From: Takakia lepidozioides
Taxonomy: Eukaryota; Plantae; Bryophyta
Direction of reading: 5' to 3'
Length of the DNA: 64,000 bases
Assembly (NCBI GenBank): GCA_030704615.1
Contig: CM060733.1
Location: 62,992,001-63,056,000 of the forward strand
A model generated the notes under the pieces. The model saw only the letters and a list, made by a program, of their open reading frames with translations, was not told the origin of the DNA and ran no database searches. Positions 39,460-51,916 of the stretch are shown piece by piece; positions within the stretch are counted from its first letter, which is position 1; the number at the start of each line of letters is the position of its first letter. A program made the position numbers and the translations under genes.

Positions 39460-41150
39460 TCGGCCCGGAATTTCCAACGTAGAGGTAATTCAGAGTGCTG
39501 CAGGATGGAAATCCGGCGCCGGATTTCCATCCTGCAGGTAATTCGGAGCGCAGTTGGATGGAAATTCAGCGCCGAATTTCCATCCTGCAAGGTAGGGCGG
39601 CGCGCGAAATTTCCCTCACGCAAGTAATTCGGAGCCAAGCAGGATAGAAATTCAGTGCCGAATTTCTATCCTGCAAGGTAGGGCGGCGCGCGAATTTCCC
39701 TCACGCAGGTAATTCAGAAGCGGATGGATGGAAATCCGGCGCCGGATTTTCATCCGTGCAAGTAGGGCGGCGCGCGAAATTTTCCTCACGCAGGTAATTC
39801 GGAGGCGGATGGATGGAAATCCGGCGCCGAATTTCCATCCTGCAGGTAATTCGAATCCCGGATGGATGGAAATCCGGCGCCGAATTTCCATTCAGCAGGT
39901 AAGTCGGATCGCTGGCGTATGGATATTCGGCGCCGAATTTCCATTCGCCAGGTATTTCGAAGCGCTGAATTATCTTCCTGCAGGTAATTCTGAGCGCTGA
40001 ATTACCTTCCTGCAGGTAATTCTGAGCGTGTCCGGTAGATTTTTCGGAGAAAAACAAACCTAACTGTTTGTTTTGTGGCTGAAGTGCACTTGTAGACACG
40101 TTTTTCTTGGAATCCTTGACTGCTAGAGGCAAATCGGAACAGCCTCGGACGGAAATTCGGCGCCGTTTTTCCATTCTGGCCCCGATGGAAATACGGCGCC
40201 AAATTTCCATCCGGGGGATGGTCTCTGTCGGAGAGGTGCCGGCCTCTCCGCCGCTTTGTTGGATATTCGGTGCCGAATTTCCGTCCGGGGGTTGAAATAT
40301 GACGGCCAGGTGCCGGCCTCTCCCCCCTCCCCGACTGCATTGGAACAGCTTCGGATGGAAATTTGGCGCCGTTTTTCCATCTGGGGAGGTTTTTATGTCG
40401 GCCAGTTTTCGGCCTGACCCCCCGACACGACCTCCTTTGGGGGGGCCCGGATGGAAATTCGGCGCCGAATCTCCATCCAGGGGATGCTCTCTGTCGAACA
40501 CGTGCCGGCCTCTACGCCCGAGGCGACTTCATCCGGGCGTCCCCTGTTGGATATTCGGTGCCGAATTTCCGTCCGGGGGTTGAAATGTGACGGCCAGGTG
40601 CCGGCCTCTCCCCCCTCCCCTACTGCATCCGAACCGCCCCGGATGGAAATTCGGCGCCGTTTTTCCGTCTGGGGATGTTTTTATGCCGGCCAGTTTTCGG
40701 CCTGACCCCCCGACACGACTTCCTTTGGGGGGCCCCGGATGGAAATTCGGCGCCGAATCTCCATCCAGGGGATATTCTCTGTCGCACACGCGCCGGCCTC
40801 TGCGCCCGAGGCGACTTCATCCGGGCTTCCCCTGTTGTATATTCGGTGCCGAATTTCCGTCCGGGGGTTGTAATGTGAGGGCCAGATGGCGGCCTTTCCC
40901 CCCGAGTCGACTGCATCCGAAAGGCCTCGGATGGAAATTCGGCGCCGTTTGTCCATCCGCGGAGGTTTTTATGTCGGCCAGTTTTCGGCCTGACCCCCCG
41001 ACAGGACTTCCTTTTGGTGGATCCGAATGGAAATTCGGCGCTGAATTTCCATCCGGGGGATGTTTTCTGTCGGACAGGTGTCGGCATCTCTGCCCCAGAC
41101 GACCTCATCCGTGCGGCCCCTGTTGGATATTGGGTGCCGAATTTCCATTC
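39460..41150. repeat. Array of (AT)GGAAATTCGGCGCCGAATTTCC(AT) palindromes in ~60-bp and ~300-bp higher-order units
   Basis: More than 20 near-perfect 20-26 bp palindromes between the cargo gene and the transposase ATG. ~300-bp units start near 40250, 40545 and 40845. Confidence 0.9.
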
Positions 41151-41452
41151 GGGGGTAGTAATGTGACGGCACGGTGCCGGCTTCTCCCCTTCAGCCGACA
41201 TCATCCGGACGGCCCCCCACTTTCTGACTGCATACCGTTGGCAGTTATTGCGCAAAGACCAGGGGCCGCATTCCGGAGACAAGGTTCATTAACACTCTGA
41301 CTGTGGATTTTTGAGATAGTTGGCTCCCTGGATTTGGATTAGGCTTCGTCGCTCGGACAAATCGGCACCGCATTCCTTCCCATCGCTGCATCCCCCTTCT
41401 AGTAGGGAGCTTCCCCGCACGCCATCCTGGCAGTCTTGTGTGCACATCTCCC

Positions 41453-44400
41453 ATGGCGGAAAACCCGAGCGCTACAGTGTACTGCCCTCCTCACGAGCAT
41501 AGAGCTTCATTTCCGTGCAGAGGGGACATCTGCCGGGTGATGGAGAAATATCTGTGCGTTCGATACCACCTGAAACCGGGGTCGGTTTTTTTGGAGGAGG
41601 AAAGGAAGGACTCAAACGGCCTTGTTGTCGAGAGTATTGTTGTGCTCCACGATGATTTCGGCGATGGCAGGGAATGGCGAGTTCCACCATCGGACAGCGT
41701 CATATACAGGGCTGTTGGGGACTTCATTTGCCCGCCAAATGCACCTTCTATCCTGGCGCCTTCCACGAAACAATCCGCGAATCAGAGAGTGGCTACCTCA
41801 AAGAGAGAAGTCCGCAACGAAGTAAATCCAGAGCCGAACCCATCCATGAAGACGAGCGAGAACCGGGTTGTTCACAACCTGTCCGACTCAGACGAGGTCA
41901 TGGAAGTTTCGAGGTTGTCCTAGAGATCAGGCAAGTCCTCAATGGACGTCAGTGGAGGAGGGAGTCATATTCCCAGCACGAGCACCGCAGTTCGATCTAT
42001 TCTTGAAATTCTGCGAGGGCTTCACCTAGAGGGACACCAGTCGGAGCTGGCGGGGCTGGACTACAGCAAGTTTGCAATTAAATCGGTTACATGCCTTCCC
42101 GCCGACGTCGACAGTAATATCTTCTTTGAGTTCCCTCCTCGGGCGGACTACTCGAGGGCGTCCGGAATGTTGACAGATATGGATAGAAAACATGACGGTC
42201 GTCCTTGGTGCGTTACCAAAACCACCAGCATGAAGATGCTCGATGGTGTGCGGGTGCGCTACGTTGTTTGTGCAGGCGCGTTGCGGTGTTTCTCCCCAAC
42301 TTGCTTCCACTTTAAATCCAGAGGTCACAGGAACGAGACCGATTGGACAGGCACAGCTCATCAACCATTTCGAGCTCAAGAGAAGGTTCCGAACTCCACA
42401 TTTGTGCGCATTGCAAAGAACCACCACACTGCATGTCTGTTTGTAATGCCAAGCAGTTCTATGTGTTGCACCGTTTCCCTGACCTCACCCGAGCTTGCAT
42501 ACACGTTGGTTCCCATTGTCACAAATTGGCGAGGGGGAACTCGCGGGAGGCTACCCACGAGGCAGAGCAGTTCGTTCAGGAGGAGGTTAAGTTGAGACCG
42601 GGTGCCAAACCCAAACAGATACAGCTCCAAGCCACCCATAAGATGGCATTGGCCAGAATTATGTCGGAAGACGGCTCCGATAGAGTTCCTCTCGGTGAGA
42701 AGGAAATGGAGGCATTGCTGGAGTCGGTGTCCCACGTATGTTCACCGAATGTCCGAAACCACATTGTCTCATGCAAACAGAAAATTGGGCGTGGCTCGGA
42801 TATGCACTCCATTCTGGAGGTGAAGCGACGATGTGGATATGACTACATTCATGGAAGTAGGTTTCCAGGACAAGGGACTGAGGCAGATCGTTGTTTCGTA
42901 TTCAAAATGTCCACGTGTGGACCTGGCAGCGGCGTCAAATTGGTCGACAGGATGACGAGTGGGGACTTGTCAAACAGTTGGGTCATGTTCGACCATATCA
43001 AGCGAATTACAAATCACCAGTGGGTGACAATGGGTGCACATGTCTACGACACCCACTGCAGGATGCTAATGACAATTGCTATTTGTGAGATGAAAGGAGA
43101 GGACACACAATCGGAGATGCTTCTTTGGCAGGGAATAAACGAACAGATGGCCAAGGCGGGATTGCCCCCTCCCAATTTCCGTGGTTTCATGGCGGACAAC
43201 GCACAAGCAAATTGGGCTGCCATCCGAAGGGTGTATGGGCAAGACCCCAATGTTCCCATGGAAGGCAAGGAGAGATCTTGTGGGTTCCATTTTTTGCAGA
43301 GCCTTTCGCAGTACACAACCAGGCTCGTGGCGCCAAATTTAGAGAGGAGCACCGTTCCATGTGCCTTGCGTGGAAGCGCGCTCCCACCTTGGATGATGCA
43401 GAGACACAGTTTGCATGTATACGGGCTTGGTGGACATCGTCAGGTGCTGTAAGGAAATCAGACGAGGGAGCAATGGTCAGTTGGCTAGCATGGTGGCATT
43501 ATCGTTTCCTCCAGTTCGGCGACTATATGCGGGAGGTGAGTTGCACGAATTCGCGTCCCGTTGAATATTATTCTTGGCCATATTTGTAACTTGCTTGTAA
43601 CCTCAACATGTGCTTGTGCAGGAAATGTGTCTCGACTCTGACACCGACATGCCAACGACAAACATGGCCGAATCAGTGCACTCTTCCTGGCGTACCTCCT
43701 CTGCGGCGCATCTGGTGGACATCCTCACTGCCACAACGGAGGACATTGTGAGGTCAATTATGCAGCAAAGCAGGTACAACGAGTTCTTGAAAGGGAAACA
43801 GTGGGCTTGGGGCCGGACAGGCAGGAAATGCTGATGCGGACTGCCTCTAGATCAAAGAATCCTCGGAAGTGGGCGGCGGCCTTACGAGAGGGCCTTCGGG
43901 ACACGCCATTGCTGCGAAGAGGCCAACATTTGGAAGGAGATGTTCATACCCGTCCAGTGAGACGAAGACTTGACGAGGCACCTAGCGGAGAAGAGGATTC
44001 ATGGCGAGCTGACAAGAATATTTGCACGCTCCCTCGTGGTCTGGTGATGTTGCCCGAGGAGGTCTCGTCGAGCACCGCAAGTCCTGCACGTTCAAGATCG
44101 TCATCTCCTTTGAGCACAGGGCGCGTGCCTCGGCAACATAACGAGCCATCTGTAGTAAAGTAGTACAACATTCCCATTGTGGAGACAAGAGTGTCGGAGT
44201 CACAGTGGAGAATCGCGAGGACATTGCCGGCATTTCGAGGGAAGTGCTGTGCCATCCGGGTGGATACGAGAGCACGTTGTGGTGAGATGATTCGGAGGAA
44301 CCCACACGGTGCTGTACCTGCACCTTGTTTCAGCGGCAGATTTTTGACTCCCACATTTGCTCACGCCACAACGCAGACATTTTGGTTCTGTAGGCACGAC

Positions 44401-45039
44401 ATAATGACCTGTGTATTTGGCAAGCCCAAGTACGGGATTCAGGGAATGCCGGAGCCTCCGGGCGTCTGGCCTGTTGCACCGGGTTGCAACCTCTCTCAGA
44501 ATGAGGCGGATGCTCTATCTGCAGCAGGATTTCGAATGGTGCAACGCACAGACATCCCGGCCCACGCATTTCCGGTTCCTCAGACCCAACCATTGCAGAC
44601 TGCTCGGTCCAGTAGAGACGGATTGGACAATTCTGCACATCCCACAATGCGATTCGGAAGAGTGAAGAGACGACACCCTCCCAACAAGTTGAATGAGACT
44701 CGGATTGCCAATGCTCTTGGGATGGCTTGCACTATTCAGAGCTCCGTGGACGTACCCCCACCCGGCCTTGGGCGTGTGTATCGGATGGCAACGGCCGGCT
44801 CGGCTGTACGTGACGATGTATACACAATTACGATTGGAGTGGAGCCGACTTGCAATTGTACGGACTTCTCGTTGATGGAAGCAAAGAAGGGTTCGAAGTA
44901 TTATCCGTGCAAGCATCTGTATTACATTTATCTGAAGAGGTTGAGGATGAACGTGACTATTGATGACTTTATTCATGCACCGGCGTTGAGCGTGAACGAG
45001 CTGCACAAACTCCTCCTTAGGGATTCCAGAAATCATTGA
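41453..45039 (+). pseudogene. MULE transposase (GCM/WRKY-like DNA-binding domain, DDE core with CxxH, C-terminal SWIM), near full length, inactivated
   Basis: ATG at 41453. KHDGRPWCVTKT...VCAGALRC; SWVMFD; FMADNAQA; CGFH; TTNMAES; CNCTDF...CKH. Intron 43536-43621. Stops at 41921 and 44161; frameshifts near 42395, 43335 and 43800. Confidence 0.88.
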
Positions 45040-45888
45040 TGGGGCAAAGGGAATCCTCCATATAGATATTTTCAATTGCATTTTGCTGTATCAAATTTTT
45101 TTTTGCAGTGTAATGAAATGCACCCCAAAACTCCTGGAATGAGGCAATATTCCATTCAAACTGAGATCCAACAGAAGCAGTTGTGGGGCCATTTCTGGAA
45201 AAATGGCGCCGAATTTCTCTTTTTGGGGCCGAAAACTGGCTAAGTCCCAACATGCACTGGTACCTGTGTCTGGGAAAATGGTGCCGAATTTCTCTTTTTT
45301 GGGCCGAAAACTGGCTAAGTCCCAACATGCACTGGTACCGTGTCTGGAAAAATGGCGCCGAATTTCTCTTTTTTGGGCCAAAAACTGGCTAAGTCCCAAC
45401 ATGCACTAGTACAGTGTCTGGAAAAATGGCGCCGAATTTCCCTATTTTGCGCCGAAAACTGGCTAAGTCCGAACATGCACTGGAAAAATGGCGCCGAATT
45501 ACCTGTCATGAGGGGACCTATAGCCGCGGAATTCAGCACCATTTTTCGCCAGAGAGACCTATTACCGCGACATACGTCGCCGTTTTTTCAGGTTACGGAC
45601 CCTATTACCGCGAAATTCGGCGCCATATTTGCACATGTCGCTGGGAATTGGCATGAGCGGAAGACGAAATATCATGAGCACAACTGTCAAAACTACAATT
45701 TTCCTTCAAGGGCCGAATAATATATTTGTTTTTCCTGACACATTGCATTAAATTAATGTTTTTATTGTTTTTTTAAAATGTTTTTTTTTTTTATTTTCGA
45801 AATTTGTACTTCTGCTCATGAAAACCGATTGTCTTACTACTCCGCTCATGCCGCTCATGCCGCTCATGCTCATGAAATAGCTAACCTC

Positions 45889-46590
45889 CTTGCTCCTTCA
45901 ATAGTGCTGCGGCTGTGTTATGAGCATCGCTCTTGACTTTTGCAAAGTCTGGGAGTTCTTGATCTGACTCCGAAGATGACACCTCCTCAGGTACCCTCAA
46001 CCCTGGCGATTTGCTTTGGGTTTCCCTCTGCTGCCTGGTGGTGACTACTAGACTCTTCTTCTCCTTGATTGGACCTTTCATTGGTGGCTCTGCTAGCTCA
46101 CTTGTTATCCAATTGACATTCTGCTGTGGCGCCTGTGATCGTGCCGACATTGGAGAAGAATTGCTTGCTTGTGGAGGCGGTGCGGCCAATGTTGATGCTT
46201 GATAACCTCCTGTGGCTCTCACATCCTACGGTTGAGACCAAGTATTTGAAGATCCCTATGCTATATGAGCTACAGGACTAGCAAACGTTACCTGAGGTTG
46301 CTGAACGGGGGAAGTTGGACTTCCTGTTTGTCCTGATCCTAGAGGACGAGGTAATATTTGAGGTGTTGTAGCAAAATACATGCTATGTTGTGGTGGTAAG
46401 GACGCCGGCGGAGCAGTGGAATACTGATCTGGGAATGGCGCTCGTTGTCCTTGCAAATTGGCGTCCACTTGTTGTTGTGTGATGGGAGTAGGCTGATCTA
46501 CCTTCCTCTTCTTGCAACGTTCCAATGGATGGCCAGTCACACCACAATGTAGACATACAGACCTTGAATTGTCCAAGCATGTCCAGTCGC
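45889..46590 (-). pseudogene. Retrotransposon gag-like fragment split by the MULE; continues at 37220-37398
   Basis: CLHCGVTGHPLERC knuckle and a Pro/Gln-rich linker. The frame continues across the TSD. Confidence 0.65.
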
Positions 46591-46614
46591 TAATGCTTGT
46601 CCATGTCCATACTT

Positions 46615-47367
46615 GAACCGCATTTCCATGTCCGTCATCGAAATTTCGTACCGGACAATGAAATGCGGCACAGCATTTCCGGAGAGCACAATGGAATGCG
46701 GTGCCGCATTTCCATCGAAGGGTCTGGAATTGGACAAACAACGATGGAAGTTCTGGAAATGCGGCACCGCATTTCCATGTCTGTCATCAAAATATCGAAT
46801 CGGACAATGGAATGCGGTGCCGCATTTCCGTCCATCAAGACGGAATGCCCACACGGGTCTGGAATTGGTTTTTATAAGACAATGTAAGTTTTTATAGGAC
46901 GATGGAATGCGGTGCCGCATTTCCGTCAAAGGGTCTGGAATTGGGCAAACAACGATGTCCGTTTTGGAAATGCGGCGCCGCATTTCCATGTACGTCATCG
47001 AAATTTCTTATTGGACAATGGAATGCGGTGCCGCATTCCCGTCTAGCATCATGGAATGGGGAGCCCAAGAACGTCGATGGGTCTGCAGTTGGAAAAATGT
47101 CCATCTCCAAAAGGTAAATGCGGCATCGCATTTCCATGTTCAACCTCCGCATTTCGATTTACCTCCATGGAAGAAGCTGGCAATCGGCAAAACTGCCGTG
47201 TCGGAAACGGAAATGCGGCACCGCATTTCCGTTTGTCCGAACAGTTTCTGATGTCCAAACCATGAGACGGAAAACCCGGTTTTGGAAATGCGGTGCCGCA
47301 TTTCCAAACGAGGTTTTTGCAGTTGCCACATTTCCGTTCAGACATTGAAATGCGGTGCCGCATTTCA
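46615..47367. repeat. Subfamily B palindrome array GGAAATGCGG(C/T)(G/A)CCGCATTTCC
   Basis: About 12 copies; perfect 22-bp copy at 46966-46987. Single copies also at ~33137 and ~48673 (inside a cargo-gene intron). Confidence 0.88.
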
Positions 47368-47503
47368 GATTTTGGGAGGGACCAGGTTTGGACAATGTTG
47401 TCGTTGAGAGGCAAATGGGAGAGGGGACATGAAGGACGGGGAGAATTTCCTTTATATACTTTGGAATAGAATTTAAATGTACAGAGAGTTCATTAAAATT
47501 CTA

Positions 47504-49472
47504 TTAATCTTGAAAATCATCACTATCGTCGTCCTGTCCTTGACTGTCCTGCTCCGCCTCCACCCCGTCGTTGCCTTTCTCATCTCCTGCGGACTGCTCG
47601 TTGGCCAGGCTTTCGAAAATCCCATCTTCACCTTGCGGAACCGACCATCTCACCTCCGTTGGCTTGTCGTCCTCCCTGTCTGCATCGCTCTCATCCGCTG
47701 AATCACATATGAACTTTCGCACCCGTCTACCTGTCTCAGCTGTTGCCAACTCTTTCCTTATCCTTCTGTCCTCCCTAGCCCTCTCCAAAATCTGCTTTAC
47801 TTTACTGGGATTCTCACATCGTCTAATCGCTGTATTTGCGAGTTTAGCTGCATAACTAGGAAGGGAGTAGTCCTTCACCGGGCTCGTCATGAAGTCGGCC
47901 CTCGCAAAGAACGGGACATTCTTCTTGGCAGGAAGTGTAGGCCCTACATGTTTTGACCCAGATCCTGGAATCTTGCACATAACAATCACCAACGAGACCA
48001 ATGAGAACCAGAGTCCGGAAATGCATTTGACAAAAAATCACCCAGAAGGCTTTGCAAACTTACAATGTTTGCACTCACTCGTATTGCGGGTTCTCCTTGG
48101 CATCAATGTCCACTGTCTCTTCCTCCGACTCCGACGAATCCGAGGAGTCCTTGGCTTCGATGGGAGCCTTCACATACCGTTGCAGCCCTTCCAGATGGGA
48201 TCCCCAGACGGATGTGTCCTCCTTGTAGGCAAAGAGGTGTCGGTCGGAAAACCGCCCAGCCCACATTGAGGCACCTGTTACAATGCCATCCACACATTAT
48301 GACATGGCCCTTCAGATGTTGCGAATGAAAGCATAACGAGAGTTTGCAGAATAGCATACAACAAGATTCTGCATACCTGTCCCACAGATGAGGTCGAGCA
48401 TTGTGCCCTCCACGTCAGTGCATGTCTCCATAATTGTCTGAATGAAGGCAGGGCTCCGAGTGCGTGAATACCGCAGGGGTTCAGTTGAAGTGAGGCTATG
48501 AGGGAGAAGTTCCTTGGGAACGTTGTTGAACAGGACGTCGTAATCGATGGGGTCGCAGTTCGGGTCAACCAACAATCCCTCCTTCCGGAAAGCAAAGGTG
48601 GAGTTCTCCTTCACAAAGCAGTATGCATCGAACTGCTTCGTCTGCATACACAGTGGGGATCGATTAGAAATCGAATGCGGCACCGCATTTCAAAACTCCT
48701 AAGAAAATGAAAGGACGAGTGCCAATGTCGTAATTACCTTCTTCCCTTCGACCGAAGGCCCAATGTGTTGATGCACGTCCACTTCTTCTTCAGAATTGGG
48801 ACGGCGCTCTTGCGGGGTCCACTTCGCAATTCTTGTCTGCGTGTTTTTGCCTCTGCTCGCCAGGACAACCACACAACCTCTGTCGTCCAACACCATGCGG
48901 GCGAGCCCGAATCCTTTCTTCCAAAAGTCCTCGGAGTACCTGTTCCAAGATGGCAAAGCTTGCAGTCCTTCCACAGGCTCTCTGTCCGGAATATCCAAGA
49001 TGATCATATCGCAAGACCACTCGGTGGCATTTCCGCCCCTCCTGCAATCCTTGTCTGCACACACCCTCTCAAAGAACGAGACCATCTTCAGAAACCCAGG
49101 GGTGTCGGAAGGCTCTTTGGCAGCCGCCTTCTTCAGTGCTCTGCCCTTCAGACCCTCCATGGTCTTCATGTATGCCAACTTGGCTGCCCGTCCATCCAAA
49201 GCCGCCAAGAAACTCTCATTCACACACTGGACTACTGTATCGGGATCCACTTTCGGCCTCTTCATTTCCACCGGCTCGAAAAGGGTGCCCCCCCCGGGGG
49301 GGTTGAAGAGTGCCTTCTTTGCCGAGCCAGTTCTCGTCCCTCTCGTGACAACGGTGGGCACAGGGGATTTCGACTGCGTCTCGGGGGGTGGGCTGGTTGC
49401 AAAGTCTCCATCGGAGTCCTCTTCCTCACCCTCTACCTGCACTATCTGTTTCTGCTTCTTCGTTTTCTTGGG
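47504..49472 (-). pseudogene. Cargo gene M2 (subfamily B): beta-class amino-MTase-like, 5'-truncated
   Basis: CDMIILDIPDR...WKKGFGLARMVLDDRGCVVV; YSRTRSPAFIQTIMETCTDVEGTMLDLICGT|GASMWAGRFSDRHLFAY. Same intron positions as M1; acidic final exon in ORF 47504-48001. Confidence 0.75.
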
Positions 49473-50505
49473 TCAGCGGCAGATTTTGGACTCCCACATT
49501 TGCTCACGCCACAACGCAGACGTTTTGGTTCTGTAGGCACGACATAATGACCTGTGTATTTGGCAAGCCCAAGTACGGGGTTCAGGGAATGCCGGAGCCT
49601 CCGGGCGTCTGGCCTGTTGCACCGGGTTGCAGCCTCTCTAAGACGGCGGATGCTCTATCTGCAGCAGGATTTCGAATGGTGCAACGTACAGAACGTCCCG
49701 GCCCCGCATTTCCGGCTCAGCCCAGCCATTGCAGACTGCTCGGTCCAGTAGAGACAGATTGGACAATTCTGCACATCCCACAATGCGATTCGGAAGAGTG
49801 AAGAGACGACACCCTTCCAACAAGTTGAATGAGACTCGGATTGCCAATGCTCTTGGGATGGCTTGCTATTTAGAGCTCCGTAGAGTACACCCGGCTTGGA
49901 CGTGTTTATCTGGCAACCCCTTGGCTGTCGCGATGGTGTATACACAATTACGATTGGAGTGGAGCCGACTTGCAATTGTACAGACTTCTCGTTGATGGAA
50001 GCAAAGAAGGTATTATCCGTGCAAGCATCTGTATTACATTTACCTGAAGAGGTTGAGGATGAACGTGACTATTGATGACTTTATTCATGCACCGGCGTTG
50101 AGCGTGAACGAGCTGCACAAACTCCTCCTTAGGGATTCCAGAAATAATTGATGGGGCAAAGGGAACCTCCATATGGATATTTTCAATTGCATTTTCATGT
50201 ATCAGATTTTTTTTTGCAGTGTAATGAAATGCACCCCAAAACTCCTGGAATGAGGCAATATTCCATTCAAACTGAGATCCAACAGAAGCAGTTGTGGGGC
50301 CATTTCTGGAAAAATGGCGCCGAATTTCTCTATTTTGGGCCAAAAATTGGCTAAGTCCCAACATGCACTGGTACCCCTGTGTCTGGAAAAATGGCGCCGA
50401 ATTTCCCTATTTTGGGCCGAAAATTGGCTAAGTCCGAACATGCACGGGAACGATGTCTGGAAAAATGGCGCCGAAATTCCAGTTACATGGCCCAGAACTG
50501 CCCAA
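49473..50505 (+). mobile_element. MULE subfamily A 3' transposase fragment plus subterminal repeats, indel-rich
   Basis: Matches 44331-45480 with many small deletions. Confidence 0.85.
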
Positions 50506-51614
50506 CATCTGTTTCTCAGACTCGTCAACAATTCCGCCAGACATGTCCACGTACCACGGGCATCCAACGAGATGCGCGGCATGCCATTGTTTCGAGTGGT
50601 TGTGGGTTCAAACCACCACATGTGTTGGTTGTTACAAAGGTGTCCACCTTCCTACCAGATAGCAGTAGCCCTTCTGGGTCAAGTGACACCATAAGTTACG
50701 CTTGCTTCGGCAACGCGTCCACCTTTACTAGCCTATTGTTGTGTCATTTTTATGTTGAAGATAAGTGGTCCCATCACATAATACAGTTGAATTTGCTTTT
50801 TTTGAAGACTACATAAATCCCACATTGGCTGAAGAGAGGCTAGGGACTTGCCATTCACACTCTGAACACAAAAGTTAAAAAAATGCCTTCATGAAGGGAA
50901 CAACAAGTGTTCCGTCTGTGTCCAAAACAAAAAGTGTTATATGTCAAGGATCCATTATCACTCTCCACAACCAATCCTTGCAAGGACTTGTTCAGGCTGT
51001 CCTTCACCTACATCCAATCTTTCTGCCTTGCTACCGCTATGACTCTCACCGTCCCTCCCCTCAAATATACCATCCTCCCCAATTGGAACTCTCCACCTAG
51101 CTTGCAAAGTGTCCTCCTCATTGCCGTCACTTACAGATGCGGACAGAGCGATAAACTTGCGTACTCTGGCCTTGATAATTCCCGTATTGGGTCTCTTTCG
51201 TCAATTGTATTCTCTCATTTCTTACAGCCAGTAACTGCTCTGCCCGATTAGGCCTCTCCGCCCTCCGAATGAATCTCTAGCATCTGTGTCTACACACGAT
51301 GGGAGAAGAAAGAGGAAGGGGAGGAAGAGACCAAAGTTGAGGAGGCTCAAGTACGGGAGAAGCCGCTTCCCCCAATGCATGTATTTGAGTGAGTTTCACT
51401 ATTGTAAGTGTGTTGGGTTCAGTTATAGCGACATCCATGTTTGACCATTCTAAACCCCAAACGCTTGTTGACATATGGCAATATTTACGTACTTCCATGT
51501 TACAGCCTTGCAAACTCGTCCAATGAGGAGATGGTTGTTGACATTTATGACGTAGTTTTTTTCTTGCCGCATGATGCCAAAAACTACAAGAGGAAGGACT
51601 TCACCATAGTTCAT

Positions 51615-51810
51615 TGGCAGGAGGGACGTGCCGTTTTTGGCTAGGGGGGAATTTATTCCGTAGTTCTCAAAGGGACTTCACCCTTACTTCTTATGCGGAC
51701 CGGCTTGCTAGGGTGTTCATTATGAGGTCTGCCGAACCTAGTTGTGTACAACAAATCTTAGACCAGGAAAGATGAAGGAGGCGGCGCGCAACTATTAGAG
51801 CTCGCAAGAA
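51615..51810 (+). pseudogene. Remnant of the last exon of the cargo gene
   Basis: Reads DVPFLARG...SYADRLARV...SAEPSCVQQILD across a frameshift, compared with NVPFFARG...TYAARLALV...SSEPSLVQQILD in ORF 52245-52715. Confidence 0.55.
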
Positions 51811-51916
51811 CAAACATTGAAATGCAAAGGCTATTCTTTTCTAGAAGGTCCTTTCTTGCGAGTCCTCATCGTCCTCATGCTCCTTCTCTCCTGGCAATTG
51901 TTGCAGGCCCGCTACA

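Larger units (their letters stand above)
37399..45888 (+). mobile_element. End-complete MULE (subfamily A, 8490 bp) with imperfect TIRs, 8-bp TSD, transposase and a divergent MTase-like cargo gene
   Basis: Left end GGGGGCTGCTATTTCATGAGC; right end GCTCATGAAATAGCTAACCTC; TSD CTTGCTCC at 37391-37398 and 45889-45896. Removing the element restores the flanking frame (LLKEQ|EEEKAQKKGKK). Confidence 0.93.

Noticed and set aside
39432-41300. ORFs with MEIRRRIS / WKFGAEFP repeats (also 1296-1927, 27015-27839, 45017-45720, 46537-47414)
   Set aside because: These are translations of palindromic arrays, open in several frames on both strands; no evidence of a protein.
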